Origin: a virus
Taxonomy: Duplodnaviria; Caudoviricetes
DNA length: 64,000 bases
IMG/VR virus record: IMGVR_UViG_3300031992_000028
Direction: 5' to 3' (one strand)
The notes beneath the pieces are model-generated. The model worked only from the letters and a program-made list of their open reading frames with translations, had not been told where the DNA came from and ran no database searches. The position numbers and the translations under genes were made by a program. This document shows positions 60,239 to 64,000 of the stretch, piece after piece (position 1 is the stretch's first letter; each line of letters begins with the position of its first letter).

Positions 60239-60275
60239 AAAAAAGCTGTTTAAAATTAGACAGCTTTTTATTTTT
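60239..60275 (+). terminator. Intrinsic terminator
   Basis: AAAAAGCTGT...ACAGCTTTTT. Confidence 0.75.
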
Positions 60276-60300
60276 AACTTTTTGTTTTATAATAGTTATT

Positions 60301-60315
60301 TGCTAAATTATATGA
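60301..60315 (+). promoter_or_regulatory. Putative late promoter TGCTAAATTATATGA
   Basis: Recurrent motif. Confidence 0.7.
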
Positions 60316-60362
60316 GTTTTGAATTTCATCTCACCAATAATCTATAAAGGAGAGTAGTATAT

Positions 60363-62780
60363 ATGGCTATTACAGACTTTTATCAAAAACCAGGAACTAA
60401 CTATTATTTTATAAAAAGTGAGCTAGTTTCTGTTTTTCCTTGTGCTTATAGAGGCTCATTTAGTCAAGCTGGCACATCTACAACAACATTAAAAATATTT
60501 GATCCAGAAAGTAAGTTAAACACAGAAAAAAGCTTTTTAAAACTTTCAAATCTTAAACATAAAAGCTCTTATGTACTTAGTTGGCCAAAAAATGGTACTA
60601 CTGTTGGTGAGCTAGAATTTGTTATTGGTGGCTATTATTTTACTATTAAAAATCTTACAGAGATTCCAGAAGTCAGTGGAAACCCAATTAAATATATTGG
60701 AATTAGAGTTAAATCAGAAACACTTGTAGATACAACTCAAACAGAAGTGCTATCTAATCTTTTGAATGATGCTCAGCTTGCTGCTGGTTTAGATATTAGC
60801 CCAAATAATAATAACAATTATTTTTTCTCAGGCTTAGCTTTTAGTACTGCGCCTTTTGACGATACATATATTTCACTTGAACTTCCAGCAACCCCAGACG
60901 ACTTAAAAAATCACCAAGGAAGATTTGGCTTAAAATATAGTGATATTCAATCTAAAAAGAAAACTGAATGTATTTCTGGAAGCCTTGTTAATGGTGAAGA
61001 TAATGAGAATAATGAAGATATTCATACTATTGCCAGCTTATATAAAGATACAAATAATATAATTCAAAAAAATATAGCAAGCACTGAAAATGCTATTGCT
61101 CTTGGTATAAACACAACAGCTTCTGGTAAAGCATCTTATGCTGAAGGCATTGAGACTACTGCTGTAAGTGAAGCTTCACATGCTGAGGGCAAAGAAACAT
61201 GAGCAGGTAATAGTGCTGATTTAAATAATAGCAAATATGCTCATGCTGAAGGCTCATTAACCATTGCATCTGGAGCTGGGTCACATGCTGAAGGTGTTGG
61301 CGGAGCAATGTTTGATAATACAACTGTTAGTGGAGCTTATGGTATTGCTGCCCACTCAGAAGGGGCTCAAACACGTGCAGAAGGTAAAGCTGCTCATTCA
61401 GAGGGTCAAGAAACTGTTGCACACGGTAACTATTCTCATGCTGAAGGTCATCTAAATAGAGCAAATGGAGACTCTTCTCATAGTGAAGGAGAAAGTACCT
61501 TAGCTGATGGCAACAATGCCCACTCTGAGGGCCAATATACAAAAGCAAATGGTAAAGCAAGTCATGCTGAAGGTGGTGCAGAGGCTGTCTCATCTGGCGA
61601 CCAAACATATACAATAGCTAACTCTGATTTCTCACACGCTGAAGGTAAAGAAACAAGTGCAACTGGAGTTGGTTCACATACAGAAGGTATTTCTACGACT
61701 ACTAACGCACAAGCTGCACATGCTGAAGGTTACTGAACAACTGCTTCTAATGGAGCAGCTCATGCTGAAGGCGGCAGTACAATTGCTTCTGGCAGCGAGT
61801 CTCACGCTGAAGGAAGTGCCACAACTGCTGTTGGAGACCTTGGAGCACATGCTGAAGGTTTTATGACGATTGCCTTGGGGCAAGCTTCACATGCTGAAGG
61901 CTCTGGTCTAAGTACTACTAATGCTGTTACTTTTGGCACTATAGTTGGGACAATTGATGACGGAAATTCGCCTTATACATATAACTATACTGGAAATTTA
62001 GATACTAATGTTAAGGTTGGTTGTATCTTAGTTGTTACTATTGATAATAAAAAATATTATTTAAAAGTTACTAATATTGATTCTAGTAATTCACAAATTA
62101 GCTTTATTTCTTTAACCTCGCATTTTCCGGCAGGCACATTACAAAATGCTGCTCTAATGCGTGGAATCGCAGCAGGTAATAATTCACATGCAGAGGGCAA
62201 AAATGTAACTGCTTCTGGTGACGAGTCTCACGCTGAAGGTAAAAGCACTAAAGCTTCTGGTGAAGCTTCTCATGCTGAGGGCAATGAAACAACTGCTTCT
62301 GGCCAATATTCTCATACCGAAGGTTGAAGAACAACTGCCTCTGGCGGATATGGTTCTCATGCTGAAGGTGATACTACAACTGCTTCTGGAGGGGCTTCAC
62401 ATACTGAAGGTGATCACACGACAGCTTCTGGTGAAAGCTCTCATGCTGAAGGCTTCAATACAACTGCTTCTGGCTGGTATTCTCATGCTGAAGGCTATGG
62501 AACTACTGCTGAGAGCGCTTACCAACATGTTTTTGGACGACATAATATTGTAGACAATACTGGCGGTGGTCCAAGCTCTGGTAGCTATGTTGAAATTGTT
62601 GGTAATGGTTCATCTAGCAATGCTCCATCAAATGCACGTACTTTAGATTGGTCTGGTAATGAAACATTAGCCGGAGACTTATCTTTTAGAAAAGGTAATA
62701 CAAACGATACCACTAAATCAAAAGCTACTATTCACTATGACGATACTTATAAAATAATGCAATTTATTTTTGAAGACTAA
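60363..62780 (+). CDS. Tail fibre protein 2 with YadA-head-like 14-aa SHAEG repeats (805 aa with TGA=Trp)
   Basis: More than 20 T-x-A-x-G-x-x-S-H-A-E-G repeats; C-terminal IVGNG..SNARTLDWSGN; ends TAA 62778-62780. Confidence 0.8.
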
Positions 62781-62807
62781 TTATATAAAAAAGGAAAGGC
62801 AATTTTA

Positions 62808-64000
62808 ATGGCTTTATTACATAGATGAACATTAGATAATACGCTAAAAGACAGCGCTGGAAAGCTTAATCTAAAAAATTGGCACTCTGCTAATTTTGAT
62901 ACTGGTAAAACAACTCGTTATGCCGGTAAGACCACTAAAGGAACTACTGATAATACAGAAAAGAATTTCTACGCTTCTGTTGATTTTACCACTGTTACAA
63001 CTAGTTTATCAGTAAGTCTTTGAGCCTATATTGATAATACCGATACTACTAATATTTATAGTAGTCCATTTTTAATTGGCGGTTGAAATGCATGAAGCTG
63101 AACAGATGTTAATTTTGGCATAGTATATAAACACTCCGAAAATAAATTAATCTTTAATATTGGGAATGGTTCACAGTATACTTGTACTGAGCTATCTACT
63201 ACGCTAAAAAGACGCTGCTGATATCATATTGCTGCTGTCTATAATTATGGTAAAAGTATTGCCTTATATGTAAATGGACAAAAAGCTGAAGAAAAACCAA
63301 CTACAGTTATTCCTAGTTTAACTGGATATTATTGTGTAGGCGGTAATAATGCAACACAATATGCTTTTAGTGGGCTAATAAATGATGTTAGATTTTATAA
63401 TCATGCATTAACTGATAATGAAATTAAAGAATTAGCACAGGGGTCAGTTTTACATTATAATTTTAATTTCGAGGAACTATATCAGCCAATAGAATATATT
63501 GAAAGCACTGGAACACAGTGAATTGATACAAACTACTACCCTAAGCTTAATAAAACAAAAGTAATTGCTGATGCTGAAAAAGCTATTAGTTTTTCTATTT
63601 TTGGGTCTGGCCAAGCAGATTTTACATTTACTGGTGGTGGCCAAGACGGTGAACACTATGAACACTATGCATATTATAACAATAAGGCTGCTTTATTTAC
63701 AGGAACAACCTTTACTGATCGTCACTTATATATATTAGACAAAAACAAAGTATATATTGATGATGCTAATTATGGAGAAAGGACGTTAGCTACTGGAACC
63801 TGTAAAAATACTCTTGCTATTTTTGGTAGAAAAAATAATGGATCAGCTAATGATCTTGGACCACATAAGCTTTATGGTTTAAAAATTTATGAAGATGATA
63901 TACTTATTAAAGATTTTATCCCAGTTATTAGAAAATCAGACTTAAAACCTGGACTCTTTGATTTAGTTAATTATGAATTCTATACTAATAGGGGTTCAGG
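62808..64000 (+). CDS. LamG-domain receptor-binding protein 2, 3'-truncated; paralog of 55877..59551
   Basis: WYHIAAVY..LYVNG..INDVRFYNHAL; EYIESTGTQWIDT..DFIPVIRKSD.KPGLFD; needs TGA=Trp. Confidence 0.75.

Noticed and set aside
61080-62520. About 42-bp periodic repeats as a CRISPR array or DGR
   Set aside because: They are degenerate in-frame codons of SHAEG fibre repeats; there are no identical repeats with unique spacers, and no reverse transcriptase or cas genes in the window
925-63665. All minus-strand ORFs in the track
   Set aside because: Each lies antisense to a well-supported + strand gene and has no recognisable motifs
1-64000. Mass pseudogenisation (degraded prophage) as the explanation for fragmented ORFs
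   Set aside because: All interruptions are in-frame TGA at Trp-like positions; I found no internal TAA/TAG or random frameshifts, and essential motifs are intact

Overview
64 kb, very AT-rich segment of a large T4-like (myovirus, contractile-tail) bacteriophage genome covering the late/structural region, with every gene on the + strand. The supplied ORF track is fragmented because the phage reads TGA as Trp (translation table 4). Consecutive ORF fragments join in frame across TGA, every reconstructed gene ends in TAA or TAG, and TGA falls at conserved Trp positions. Re-read this way there are about 45 genes. In order: a MoxR AAA+/HEXXH peptidase/VWA triad; several large modular proteins whose domains are separated by E-S-L-x-E type motifs resembling T4 prohead-protease cleavage sites (candidate capsid-packaged polyproteins with nucleotidyltransferase, ParB-like, ART-like, SWIM and Zn-finger modules); terminase; portal; protease/scaffold; major capsid; a split adenine methyltransferase with a GIY-YIG fusion; two glyco-enzymes sharing a C-terminal YLYF; neck; sheath; tube; a tail chaperone with a probable frameshift; tape measure; baseplate; and two fibre + LamG cassettes. 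A conserved intergenic motif (T/C)GCTAAATTA(T/A)(A/T)TGA occurs 10 times and is the likely late promoter. All product calls come from motif recognition by eye, not database searches.
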